A stretch of 64,000 nucleotides of DNA from Thalia democratica (GCA_965202585.1 OZ241826.1:15314001-15378000); one strand, 5' to 3'; counted from the stretch's first letter, positions 27,101 to 42,100 are shown. Translations and numbers: made by a program. Notes: generated by a model from the sequence alone, not told the origin.

Positions 27101-30100
27101 TCACATTATAGCAAACAAATATAATACTTGGTTTTCATATACCAACATAAATATTTTGACTGAAAATTGTTTATTGTTAAAGTTTTTTAAGCGTTTAAAC
27201 ACCGTGTATAGTTTAAAATTGTATTTTGATCTGTGTTGAGATATAAAGTTTTAATTTGACGTATTATATTTTGAAGTGAATTCAACTTTTAATAACTTTT
27301 TTTTTGAAAAATATAAGGCTGTCCTCACAAAATGTAGTATAAAAAAATTCTATATTTTTAAAAATTTTACCTATCATCCTTGTAAACTTGCAAGTTGAAG
27401 CCGGGCTGGCAAACTTTATCGCAAGTAACGTTACAGTTAGAAGTTCCCGATTCGCAAGAACACTGTTTGCATTCACTTTCCAACCAAGATTCACCGCTCT
27501 GTATAAGTTTTTATGTGTAATAATAATGTATTATTATATTAGAAAGGTTTATTTTATTGTTAACACATATATTTGCATTCACTTTCCAACCAAGGTTCAC
27601 CGCTCTGATTATATTATATAAACATGTAAAAAAGTACTATTTATTGTATTTGATGAGTTTGATTTATGTTTATGATAAATGCCTGCATACTTCTTTCCAG
27701 CCAAGATTCATAATTGTGTTTATAAACCATATATTGTTTTTTTTACTGGAATTATTTGTTTCGTAATTGAAAAAAAAAAGTGTTTTATGTTGAGTTATGA
27801 ATATAAAAGTCTTGGTGAAGAAGTGCAATTTGGTAAAGTTTTAAAAGAAAAACTTAAAGGCACACAAACAAACAAACTTCTTTTCATACTTAAAAAAAAA
27901 AACCCGCGTAAAGCAGTATGCTCATTGGCTAGAAAGTTTAAAAAAATTATACAAACCTGGTACACAGCACCATCGTGAATACAGGGGCAATCCACTTCAT
28001 CAGAACCATCAGTGCACTGCGGAGTACCATCGCAAACAAGTGTTGAATTCACACAGCTGTCACAATCGCTGCATGCGAAATAACCCGGTGCGCAATCGCA
28101 TACAACTGTTGGTTTTGTTGTGAATCCCTGTTTGTAATATAACTTAAGTAAACAATAAGTTTTAAAGTTACTTTTGAAAAAGATAGTTTAATTATTTTTT
28201 GTTGAATGAATTTAGAATTCGATTATATTATAATAAGTGATAAATTTAATAAAAAAAAATTGTAGTTTATATTAAACAGTTTTGTTGTTAGCTTCTCTTT
28301 TAATGTGGTAAATAAAATCGTTAGTTTTGATAAAAACCACTTTAATTTAGATTCTTTCAATTTCAACTTACAGTGGTCACAGTTGAGCTAATAGTTGTCG
28401 TTTGATCAACTCCAGCAGTTGTCTGTAAAAATTTAAAGGTGTTAAGTTTATTTGTAACACAATTCATGAAGTTGGTAGAATTAGTATTTTCGAAAAAAAA
28501 ACTTTTAAAGTCTTAAGTTTTTCAATGGTATGGTAAGCAATACCAATATACAAATTAGTAACATAAAAAGAAATATGAGGTTAAAATCTCAAAACTCACA
28601 AATGAAGTTGTTTGTTCAGTGGCAGACGGCTGCGTCGTCGTCTCAAGTGCTGCAAAAAGTTAAGTATCATTATGACGTCACAATAAGCGTTATTGCGTCA
28701 CACAAGTTTACACAGGCGCGCTGCGCGGGTGGTAATTGTGTGAAACTTGACCCTTTCAAAGTGAGCGCTACTAAGCCTTTTGAAGGGGATTTATTTGAAC
28801 TTTGTTGTTACAAGGCGTTTTGTTGTCCCTTCTCGAGTGCTTATTTTTTATATTGTTGCGACAACTTAACCTTTTGCGCTTAACTTTTTTTTTTCTCGGA
28901 ATTTCTTGTTATATGAATAAGTATTTCAAATTTTAAACTTGAAGCAAATTTTTGTCGTAAACATTTGTTTTTAATTGGAATTTTTGAACTTATGATTTTT
29001 TTTTCATTGCAAACTTTAGATTTTACTTGTAATATAGAAAGACTATTGTACAGTAAAAATAAATACAAAACACATTAAAATAACTTTTAAGCGTTTAAAT
29101 TTTTTCTTGCTTTCATATATAAAAAACAAAACAAGTAAATATGAGCAATCGTCATTAATGTGGTGATTTTATTTTAATCGAAAGGTATGAATATTACCTG
29201 TTAGTTAAGCTTTATTTTTAACAAATTCAGCTTAAAATTTATTCAAATAAATTCACGCTTACATTTAAAATTTTTAGTAAATATTATTTCACAACTTTAT
29301 ATCAAAACTCACACTTGGCGCAGTAGCAGCATCCTTCATGGTCGGTTTCCATTCTCATGCCCTGTGCACACCTGTCAATGGTGCACCTGTTTGTGCACAT
29401 GAGCTCACCTTCCAAGCACGTGCAAACACCGCATGATCCCTTGCTCACTTGTTCGCCCGGTGCGTATACTGAACCTGTGTTAATTCTTTGTTTATTAAGT
29501 AAAACAATATTTGTTAGAATATGTTGGTAAAGTAGTTATTTTAAGTAATAAGTTTTGTATAGTAGCTTTATATTTTCTAACAATTCGTTTCTGGAATATT
29601 GTTGCAAACGATTGCGTAGAAAAATTTAAGTTTTACTTTTATTAATTTTTACATTTTAATAATACATTAACATGAAATTAAAAAGTGTTTAGTGCATAAA
29701 TAAATTACAAAGGTAGTTGAAATATCTGTTTTATAATTCTGAAACGTAATATTGTCAAGTTCAAAAGTTGTGTTATTCGTATACTGAACCTGTATTAATT
29801 ATTTTGTTATTTAATAAAAATGTACAATTGGTTGTTAAAATGATTAAAGTTTTTGTTACTTTTCTTTAACTCAATGTTAAAATGCAATTTTGTTGTTTAG
29901 TTATATGAAACTTAATTTAAAAAAGTTTTTATCTAATTTATTTTGAGTGTTAGATTTTGAATAGTAACTTTAGATATTTTTAAACATTATTTTGATGTAT
30001 TTCTTATAAACTGTTTCGTATATTGAGATAGATGTACAACTTTGATATTTTTTTTTTTACGATTATAAGAATACATACGATATCAGTATTGTTTTATATG

Positions 30101-33100
30101 AATTGATGGTCATAATTTAAGGTTCGAAAAATATGTTTAATAAGCGTAAAATTAATTAGTTTCAACAAGCCATGAAATGCTTATAATTGCAAACGTTTGC
30201 AAAACTTATGCCAAGCTTACGATTAACGTAATTATTAACTACAATCGATATTTGTTCGAGCATAAACAATGAGAAGTGAAGAGCAGTTTAACCGCGCTAA
30301 TGTAGCTTGAAGTGCATTCATAGCAACAATTGCACTTTATATACGCGCAATACGCCTCGCAAATGTAGTGGGGACGTAGCTCAGTGGTAGAGCGCAAGCT
30401 TTGCATGTTTGAGGCCCCGGGTTCGATCCCCGGCGTCTCCACTCTTTTTTTTCAAATTGTAAAAGTTTTTAACTACTTAAACTTATTTTAATATCATTTG
30501 CTGTAATTTCATTTACTTCGAATTTTAGCAGTTGGATTTTTCACATACATAAAGAATTGTAGCACAATTGGCATATAAAATTTAAATGATAAAATTAAGT
30601 TGTACAAACGTATTTTTTTTTATAATAAATTGGAGCAGTATTATATATATTTTCATTTAGCACTATCGTATGATATCGCACTAAATGCTTTTATAGAGTT
30701 CAGTTTAAAAAAACGTTTAACTTTAAAAGTTATCGTAATTTTAAAGGTTGTTTTTTTGAGCTTAACCACCTTGTTTTTAGTTCGAGAAAGAAAAATGTTT
30801 ATACTCCTAAATCTCATACTAAACATAATTCATCTTATACTAATTTTTATAAAAACAATTTAATATTCAATTAACCGTCCATATCGATGCAAGAGCAGTT
30901 TGTCGGTTGAACGCATTCACCGGTGAGATCGTCCCTGACCATACCCTCCCTGCAGTTGCAGCAGAAGCCACTTTCTTCTGTATTGTCACATGACATCTTC
31001 TCCACCAACATTCCGCATGTCGGCGTGCAAGAGCACGGTCCGTACACTTCGTCTGTTTGTTTCAACAAATTAGAAAATAAAGTTAACTAAAATCAAAGCA
31101 ACGTTTTTGTATTTTTGGTACTTTGCAAGCGTTTATTTCTTAAAGTCAAAAATCGCTAGTTATAATCAACAAAACAAACAATGTTACCACGAAGATACAT
31201 TGTTCCATAGTCAGCATAATACTGTTATTTTTTATGTTTATCGCACCGTTGTACTACAACACTCCAAAAAGTATACTAATCAAAATATATACGAAAATCT
31301 CTCACTTTCATCCAAGCATTCCATGGGTGGTTCCGAGGTCTGAGGCACGGTGCTCTCAGGAACGCAAACTGGACAACATGATCCAGATATGCTGGCCAAG
31401 TAGAATCCAGGCATGCAGACCTGATCCTCGTCAGAGCACGGGATGCGGTTGCAGTTGAGCTTGTTGTCGAAGCAAGTGCAGGTGGTGCAGTTGTCCTTCT
31501 TCCAACTACTTCCAGCCTGTATGACGTAATAATGTTATTGTGAAGTCATAAAAAATATTAACGGTTTTGAATGTTGCGTTATTGTTGATTCAGTTTAATA
31601 ACAAATTCAAAGACCTAAGATTTTGAAACTAATTTGGCTCATTTAACTTTCTTCTAAACTTAAATGTATACCTAAGTTACTTGTTTTTGTTAAAATATAC
31701 CTAAAGCAGCCTTAAAGTGTAAAGAATTTTGAAAAATTTTAGACTGATGATTTAGTTTTCATCTATTTATTTACCAAAAAAAAACTTATATTTTATATTG
31801 AAAACAAAAAACCATTTATAACAACACTATACCTCATGAACGACGCCATTGGAATCCTTGCAGGGGCAATCCGAAGGCTCGATGCATTTACCTTCATGCA
31901 GAACCTTGTTACTGGGACACTGGCAACCCGGTTCGCACATGAAGCTGGTCACGCACAAGTTTTCGTCCTCGTTCGATTGGCAAGTACGTGGGCACGATTT
32001 GCAATCAATATACTCCATGTTTGACTCGCAAGCTGTATGAGAATGGGTTTAGTTTATGTTTTATAGTTTACTTCTCGTAAGCTATGTGCTGTAAAAGCAT
32101 TTGTCAAGTTATACATTTTATTCTGTTTTGAAATTAGTTCAGTTGAAAATTATTTAAAAATTTTGTAAAGTCCTAGTTGAAAGTTGTTGCAGAAATTCTG
32201 AAACCAAAGTTTATAATGGTTCCAAATTTTTAAAGTAAATTGAAAAGCACCAAAGAGTTGTTTTTTCAAGAAAGTAAATGTGTAAAAAGTAGTTGGTATG
32301 AACACAGTAAACAAACTTGGTTGAGTTGTCGGTACAAAAGAAGTAGTGAAACCCTCAGTAGTTGACTCCGAAGTTACCTTTTATTAATATTAGGTTAACA
32401 TCAACAATCAAGTTTAAGCTTTTACTTTTTATTGAAAATGAGCAAAGTAGGTATTGCCTAAAAAAAAAGGTTTATTAAGTCAAGAAAATATTTTTTTATG
32501 TTTACAAGTTTGCAATAATAAGATTTATAACTCTAAACTTTTACTGCACTTCACAATGATTTTCACATTGTTCAATAACTAACAACAATACTGGAAGTAG
32601 TTCCAGGCAAACTTGCAGTTGTCATTTCTTCAGTTGTGTTGCCCACACAATTGTCGCCCCTCACACAAGACAACTTGCTGTTGACGCATGAGCTGTTGAA
32701 ATGACAATAAGATATTAAAAAATGAGCTGTTGAAACGACAATAAGATTAAAATGTGAGCTGTCAACATGACAATAAGATTAAAATGTGTCAATACAAACA
32801 AGGTTTGCACAAGTTGAAGTATAGCGAACAAAAAGTATGGAATACTTTTTCATGGTGTTACGAAGGATTAGCTATGAAGGTTACGTTCAAAAACATTCGG
32901 ATTAAATTTTTGGATTTAATAAAACTTGGATTTATAAATGTTATGAATACTTTGGTCTTGATCTTCAGACTTTACAAATGAAGTGAATAAAGTTTGTTTT
33001 CCCAAGTTGAAGTTTTAAATTTTCTTTTGATACTTGTGTATAAAAGGGATTTACTAAAAGAAACTTTTCCATGGTTATAAAAGTGTTTTTATGTTACATA

Positions 33101-36100
33101 ACAAAAGTTTTTTAAGAATTTTAAATTTAGAGTTTGGATTGAAAGAAATAAAAACAAGAAGTTGTTTAAACTTTTTTAAAGTAAATCACGTCGAATACAA
33201 CCTAAAAAACGTGTTTTTGCTTTAAAAACTACATAGGTTAAGTTTTCTAGAAGTAAGAGCAGAATAGGTTGAAGAAACAATTAATCTTTCAGTTATAAAA
33301 TAAAAATATCAAGTTTATTATTTTTTAACAGTCGCTTACTCAAAATTTATAAAAATGGTTAATATTTAGCACCTTTACATCAAAACATTTAATATTTATT
33401 TGTTTAAATTAATGTAAATTTATTTGTTAAGCTATGTAAAACTTAAATACAACGTAAAAATCAGTTAAGAAAAAAATTAGTCTACTAACATTTATCTAAC
33501 TATACAGAAACTCCCTTTTTGTTTAAAACTTTTTTATATAATAAATACAATGTTTGTCAAAACAATAAAGCAACTAGTTTATCAGGCTTAAACGCCAATT
33601 AAAAAAATAAATTAATTTGAAGTAGTTTATTTTATACACTCAAACTCACCACTCCAAGCAGTTGACTTTGATGGATTCCCCGTTGTTGAAAACCAACCCG
33701 TCGATGGTGCAGGGACACTCCTCCCTGACAACGCACCTGCCGTCGTGAAGGACGGTTCCGTGGGGGCAGTGGCACCCCTCGTAGCACTCCTCCTCGCAAC
33801 CTTCCTCCTTGTGGGTGACGAAACAGGATGAGGTGCAGGAAGTCCCGCACTCCTGATATTCCATTCCGTTCTCACACTGGAGTCCTGTATGTTGTGACGT
33901 AATTTTTTTTGTTACGTCATAAAAAAGTTTTTGTGAAATTTTTTTAATTCTTAATTATTATTTGTTTTTTTAAATTTTATTTTAGTGGACTTAACAAAGC
34001 TTTTTTGATTTTAAGGAAACTGTTTAGTAAAACTTTATTCTGTTCATAAACTTCAAAGTTAAATTTATGCAATAAAACTATGTTTGAGATTTTACAAAAA
34101 TAGAAGTACTAGTATAAGGATTAACATAAGTGAGTTATTTATATCAAAAATTCAAAAACTTTCATGAAAATTACCAACCGCAAGTCCCGGTGGACCTCCA
34201 CCTCAGGTGCACCCCCTGCGAGTTGCAGTCCCTGACGTAGGCGGCCACGGCCGTGCAGTAGCACTCGCAGTCACCTCCCCTGTCGCACCCGCACGAGTCC
34301 CACAAGCACGACTCGTAGTACGGCTCCACCGCCACCACGTCGTGGCACGCGTCAAAGGGGCTTTCCCTCAACAGTTTGCACGAGGTCTGCGCCCACACGG
34401 AGCGGTGCGGGTTGACGATGCACGGGTGTATTGGGTCCTCCTCGGATCTCGGGCACGAGAAGTAGACCTTCCACGAGAAGCCGAAGTCGTAGATGTTCGA
34501 CATGAGCTCTCCTGTTGAGATGGTAAAATTGTTTTTTTGTAAGTTGATTTAATATCAATTTTTAGTTATATAAAAATTGTCTGGCAAATCGTTTGCATTA
34601 GAAGTTGAAAGTTTGTTTATAAACTTAGATTAGCTATTGTTAATCTAGTTAAACTGCAAAACCTAATTATATAAATTGTAAAATGTTTAAGTATACAAAA
34701 TTTTAATTAAAACAATTAAACAAAACGTTTATTTTTTAGTATTTTCATTACAACTAGTTGGTTATAATTAAACAAACCTTGTCTGGTTCTGAAATCGTTC
34801 ATGGCGTTACCATCGAAGTCACCACAAAGACCGCAAGTTTTTCCCTTGAAAGATGGCTGAAGTTTGACGTAGACACGAGTACCCACGTCCCACATTACTG
34901 TTAACCCAATCTGAATAAAGTGTAAATCGTTAGATGATAGTTGTATTGTTTTAAAAAGCAGAATAAGTTTACAATACTGGTTCCATTGTATAAAAAATAA
35001 AGTAAACATTTTTATCAAGTTGTTTTTGTAACTCTTATTGGCGTTGAAAACTTTCTAACTGCTGATAAAAGTCGCACAAAAGTAAAAACAATCAAAAGCT
35101 TGCAACTTTTCAAGCATCACTAAACTTTCAATCATCATATCGCATATCTAGCTCATTATGTTCAAACAGCTCACCTCAGTAGTAAGGATGATGAAGAGAC
35201 CGGTTTGTTGCAGCTTGAACTTAGCAACCGGGGTTCCAGGTCTTGCCAACGCGTTCTTGGATACCACGGGGTCCGTGCCCCTGACCATCTGAATCACTGA
35301 ATCGTGAAGTGCCACCTAGTGGTATAAAGTATTTTATTGTATTTACGTAGAATAGCTTAAAAAGTAACAAAGTAACAACAAGTTTTGAAAACAATAACAC
35401 TTTGAAATTGTTTACTGATAAAAAGCTGGTCTAAAATATATAGAGTCCTTTAACTTGAAAAGTTTCAGTGGTTTGTAGAAAAAAAAAGTTTAGAATTTAA
35501 TTCGTCATTTAACAGCGTCAGAAAACTTTGCTTAATAGTATTTACATCAACCACAAAATTTTTATGCATTATAAAAAAGCATTTATAAACCTTGACAGCC
35601 TTGGTGCAAGTAACACCCCCAGTGCTGCAAGGAACGTTCTCCACCGTGATCCTGAAGTTACCGATGCCGTCGTCGCAGAAGTCTTCAGCTAACACATAAG
35701 TGCAGTCCCCGTGGAACTCGTACTTGTTACCGTCGAACGTCATGTAGTGGGGATCCCCGTAAGCCGAGCAAGTTGCCGGGCATTCGCGCTGCGTGCAGTC
35801 CCATTGGGAGTTCTTGCATTGGCTGTTTGGAAAGTTAATTTTATTTAGTTTTTTTTCAATTTGAGGCATTAAAGTTAAAGTTTGATGGCAGCTTTATTAC
35901 AACAATATTTTGAAAAGCAACGAACAGTTTAAAAACTTTTTTTTTAATATTAAATTAACACTAAAACTAAAAATTCAAACATTTTGTTGTTTATTTAGTA
36001 ACAACATGAACAAAAGCATTTTGAAAAATATTATGAAAAATCTTATTAGTTACTTGAGAAAAAAAACAAGTTTATTTATTGATATTTTAAAATTTTTGCT

Positions 36101-39100
36101 TTTTTTAACTAGCATATACTCAAAAACAATTTCAGAACCAACCAGTAGTTGCAGTCCCTCTTGATCCAGTTTCCGTGTCTGTATGTCTGCCCGTTGAAGT
36201 GACATGGACACTGGGTGACCTCTATGCACTTGTCCCCGTTCAGGACCTTGTTGGCAGGGCAACCGCATCCCTCGCTACACTGCGTCACTTCACATTTCAC
36301 GTTCTGATTGTCGCATGTCAGTTGGCATTCCGTGCAGTTCACCCAAACTTTGTCCTGGATTGTTTATGGGTATGAAGAAAAAAAAAAGAATTTAAATGTT
36401 ATTCTTTCTATAACTTAATGGTTTTTTTTTTGCTTTGTTATCTAATAACGGTAATGTGTATAAAAGTTTTATATAATAAATTTAGTTTTTAGTCAGTATG
36501 GTTTCAAGTGAAGATAAAATAATGTCTGAGTTTTCAAACCAAACTCCTTAAAAGTTTTAAACTTTTGCCAATTAATTTTAAAACATTAATAGAATTTGGA
36601 GCTTTACTTGAATCGTTTAATCAATAATATAATTTTAAATAAACTCACAGCACCACAGACGTTGTCTTCGGTGCACCCCTCAATCTTCCTGCACCTCCAA
36701 GCGCCTTGCTCGCACTCGCAAGTCTCGCACATCTGCTGCCTGACAGCACCAGCTTCGTACGCTCTGTTGTGATGGTAGCAAGAGCACTTTTGTGACGTCA
36801 CACACTGGTTCTGAGCGTCGTCCCAGACCTGTCCGTCCGGGCACGCGCAACCCTCGTAACAACTGCTTTCGTCGCAGTCCAGGGGAATTTTTTCTCCCGC
36901 GCTCAGCTTCTTGCACGTGGGTTCGCAGCTCCTGCTGGCGCAAGTCTTCCACTCGCGACCGTTCTCGCACGTGACCTCACAATTACTTACATTCCTCCAT
37001 GACGTCATGGCGTCATCAACGACGGGGAATCCCTGCTGAGCGCACGAGTGGGCGTATGACGTCATCACGGAGCACTTGCATTGATCTGGGTCGGCGTTGG
37101 TCTTGTGGAGGCAGTGGCACACGTCATGCTCGCACATCTTGATGAATGACGTAGGGTTGATGCGCATGTTGCACCCCTTGAACGGCGACATTCTCAATAC
37201 CTGTTATGTGTGGAAAGAATATTCTATTTATGGTGTAGATGTGGTGGTTAAAAAAGTTTAAAGGCATAAAGACTTCTGCTTTTTTTTAAATATAGATTTA
37301 TAATTATTGAAGTTGTTGAAAATAGTTGATTTAATGTTCATAAAAACACTCATATGTACTTTAAACTGAAAAACTATATATTTAGCAGCGTTATGGATTG
37401 TTACATATAAAGGAAAAACTACTTAGTCAAAGTTTTGTTTTTAAACTCTTTGTTTAAAATGTGACTTAAATTTATACATAAGTTTTATAATAAATCAAAT
37501 CTCTTTAACAAACCTCACAAACGCCAGTGGCGTACTCCTGGTAGTGAGTGGCCAGCACGCAGGCGTCCACGGCCATTCCGGTGTTGGCTATGTCGTCATC
37601 ACACGTCACTCCCGTCTTCCACGAGTTGCCGAACTCCGCTACGTTCAGCGAAGTGACCTTGTTGGGGAGGGTGAAGTCGTCCAATTGGTTCAAGTTGTAC
37701 ACTCCGCACAATCCGCTCACCTGATTGGATAACTTTTTTGTTTAAAATTTGTAATAAATTGTATACAAAATATAAAAGTTTGAGTTTTAATAGTTAAAAA
37801 ATGCCTTTCTGTAACTTTTTTCTAAGGTTTTTAACCAAGTTTATAACAGTAATAATACCTTACCGCTTTAAGAACATTAACTACTTCTATTTTAACAAGC
37901 ATAATATTATTCTTATCTTATTTTTTGTCTTATTAAACAATAAATCCAATCAACATGCATTTCATTTATTTTAAACTGTATAAACATCAATTTTTACAGA
38001 TAATAAAGCTTACGGGTTTAAGAACGGCACCGATTTTTATCTAAATAACCACAAAAATATCAGTATCAACTTTTTTTACGTCAATAAAAATTGACCAAAC
38101 CAACATGTGTTTTGAAAAAAGGATGAAGAGTCAAATACACTCTGTACTCTCCATCCCACTGAAGCTTGATCTTTCCATCAGAAGTTGACATCTCCACCAG
38201 CATTGATGAGACCAAGTCGAAAGATAGCGATGAAGATTTGTGCGGGATCAGCACTTCGTTGTTGTCTACCATCAATCGAGATTTTGAAAGCAGTCTGTTT
38301 GTAAAGTTTAGTATAAAACTAATTTAGTACAGCTACAATTAAACTTTTAAGTAATTTTTTTAGAAGTACTAAAGTGGTTCAATTATAAAAGTTTTGTCGT
38401 AACACTTTACTTAATTTCAGTTAAAAATTTTTTTCAATCTTTATTAATTCAGTTTATTGCTGAGTGGTTTTGGTCAAAAAAAATCAAACTATATTTTATT
38501 CTAAAACAGTGCATAAATATTTCAATATAAATTTGTTATACAAACTTGTACGTGTGATCTCCGTATTTGACGGTGAGCGTCTTGTGACATTTCTCCTTGT
38601 CGAAGAACCCGCACCCGGTGTTTTGTATCCACACGGCGAACGGATGATCAACTTTGTCATCTGACTGGGCCAGCACGTACTCACAACCTCCCGAAAACTG
38701 AAGAAGAAGTATTTATTATTTGAAGAGTCAATGATAGAAATATGTACTTTTTTGTACCAAACTTAGTAAAACGATTGCTTTGTTAAAAATGTCGTGGTTT
38801 TAGAATTGTTCTTGTAAAATGTTTTTTAATTATTCAGGTACAATTAATGGACACCAAAAATACAAAAGTTGTTACAAATATTACTTTACAATCCGTAAGG
38901 CTTTCAGCTTTTACTGTTGAAAGTTCTTAAAATATAACTTTCAATAACATTTTATAAATTATCAATCTAACCTGATAATTTCTGCCGTCAAAAGTTACAT
39001 AATGGTCTTCACCGATTATGGAGCAAGTGGCAGGGCACTCTTCAGTTGTGCAGGACCATCTACCGCCAACACATGTGCTGTTTAGAAGGTTATAATTTTA

Positions 39101-42100
39101 AAAAATCTTAAATTGATGATCTTAGAACTTATCAAGCTCGACTAAAAAAAAATCACCATACTAAATTACACAAATCAAGCATTAAATTTTGAATATTTTT
39201 TTATTAGCAAAAAAGCAACAACTTAAACACCTCAAAGTAGTAATAATATAGTAAGCTGTAAGATAAAATCACTGAAAACATCATTTACAAATTATTTCAG
39301 TGTACAAACCAGTTAAAATTTAGCATCATAAATAAGTTAAATCTCCAACTAAGAAAATTTTTTGAAAAAATTAACTATTGATTAATAATGCATTTTATTT
39401 ATAAACAAAGTAAAACAAAATTATCAAGTTTTATGAGTTTAAGCTAGTTAAAAAAAGATAAGTTTAATTTATACAAATTATTTCAAAAATAGTTTTTATA
39501 TTTCAGTATACAAACCAGTTATTGCAGTCTTCTTTGATAACATTACCGGTGTGGTAAACCTTACCAGCGCTCGTACATGGACAACTGTCCTGGTGGACGC
39601 ATGTGTTCGTCAGTGTGTCCAGGACAGTTCCTGTAGAGAAATTGGTGTTAACTAAAGAATGTTCTATATATTACGTAAAGTTTAACACAAAATAGAGTAT
39701 TAATTACATTGATACATGTTACTAACTTGAAACAATACATATAAAAAGTGTCTAGGATGATATTTTAAACTGTTTTTTAAACAATTGTATTTTATCAATT
39801 ATAAATAAACTTTGTTTAAATAGTTAATTAACATTATATTTTTATGTTTTACAAATTGTTTAGTTGTTACAAATATTCAGTACTACTCAATTTAGTACTA
39901 CTCAATTTCACGAATAAATAGAATAATTTTACATGTAATTATATCAAACCTGAATATTTATAAATTAAATTAATAATAACTAATAATAAATTATTAATAA
40001 TTTTTTTTTCATAGAATAATAAATTATTTTTACAAACCTGACGGGCAATGGCAACCATCAATACAAATTGAGCTCGTACACTCGCTAACTGCTTCCTTGT
40101 TATCGCAAGTTTTCGGGCAAGCTGTACTGCATTCGCTGAAAACCATACCCCCTGAGCATTGGATTCCTGTGAAATAATAATTATTTATTAGTACTACATT
40201 CCCTGACACCATACCCGCTGTAAACTCAATTCATGTGGTAAAAAAGTAAAATAACTACTGTGTTATGTGTGGTGCGTTGGTTTCATGAAATCAAACAAGT
40301 TTTTCTTTAAATATTATAAAACCTATCAATTTGAAATAAGCTCATTGACTTTATCATTTTTATTAGTCATTTTGGAATATTTTTAACAAATAATAACGTA
40401 TTTTACGGCCATAACTAAAATAAAAAGCTGTAACAAGCAAAGTATTGAAAAAAGCAAAAAAGTTTAAATTCTTGCGAAAAAGAGTGTTATCAAAAGTAAA
40501 TTGCATTTCAAGTGGTTAGTTTACGTAGTTAGGCACTTAAAAAGCTGTGAAAATTTTCTAATTTTTGCTGATCAATCATAGATAAGAATCTGTGTTGATA
40601 CAGAAAAGTACAAAGAAATTCACAAGTGCTTACAACAATAAGTAGTTGTTTTAATATACAGACATATAGCACGTACGGTAAACAATATTTGTATAAACTT
40701 TCTGTTGATAACATCTTCAAAAATTTTTTGGTTTTATTTTGATTGATTGTTTTGTTTAAAGGAATTTTTCACCTGCTTTCAATTTCAAAAGCGCATGTAA
40801 ACATTTTCTGTATAAAGGCTCAACTTGAAACTATTTTGTAACAGAGTGTTTAAAAAGAAAACCTAATTTTTGCCTAAATTTCAATCAAATACTGAATTTT
40901 ATAATATACATAAGTTTAGCTCATTAAATTAATTAAAAAAAAACTATCTCCTGAACTAAAGGCTAAAACAATATACAAAAAATATTTTATTTGTGTTATA
41001 AAAGTTTATTATGATAAACCGAACTTTATACATAAAGTTAAATCAGCGCAAAAAATTATACTTATTCGTTATAAACTTAATTACTGTCTATCTGAGAAAT
41101 TAACAAATCAAAAATATATAATTCAAACTGACCGCACAAGCTGTCTGATCTCCAGTCGAGCACGACATTTTTGAATGCACACTGCCTGGAGTAATGTGTG
41201 AACGCCTCGCATGCACACTCTTCGAAATTTTCGATTCCGCAAACACACACATCCGATATGCACCGTTGGTAGTATATCTGTTGTAAAAATAAATTTAAAA
41301 AATGTGTTGGTTAAAAATATATTCTAAAGATTTAAAATCAGTTTATTAAATCGGCAGCAAATCTATTTTGTTAATGAAAAATCAATTAAGTTGGTAACGG
41401 ATCTGGTTGAAAAAGTAATTGAGTTTTCACATAAACTTCTTAGAACGTTGGTATTTTAAAAAGAAAATAAATTTAAAAGTATTCTAATCAACGTACGATC
41501 ATAAAAATAAACATTTTAAGAAGATAATCAAGTCTTTTACAGCTTATTTAAGATAAAAAAACATTTACCATGTTACAAAAAGATTCATATTCTTAAAAAA
41601 ATACAAAAAAATTTCAAAGTTACTTTCCTAATAAGTTTGATGCAATAAAAAGTTAATAAAGTTTAGTGGTAAAGTAGAAAACTATTTAGAAACTACGTAA
41701 ATAATAAAACATTATATTTTATAAAAAATAGACAAACTTCAGGATCGATGACGGAGTGACAAGCTGCGAACTTTTCTCCCAACAAGATCTTGCAGTGATC
41801 CTCAACGGGAGAAAGTTGATACTGGGAGTAAGAGCTGCACGGATGGCTGGTTCTCTTCGGAACTTCCTTGCATTGTGACGTAACATCGAGGTTGACGTGG
41901 TAGAAGTTTCCGAACTCGTTAGCTTCAGTGAATTCCTGTGACGATTATTTTTTGCTGTTTATTTCCATTTTACTTTGAACTTTTCGAAATATTTTTGTTT
42001 CTAAAGCTTTACAGCTTTTAAGATTATTGTTTATAGTTTATTGACTTTAACTGACTCTTAAACTGAAATGTTGTTTTTTTCTTTAATGCATTTAACGTAC

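Noticed and set aside
30239-30442. 67-aa [15 protein letters not shown]...
   Set aside because: Reverse-strand translation of the tRNA-Ala gene.
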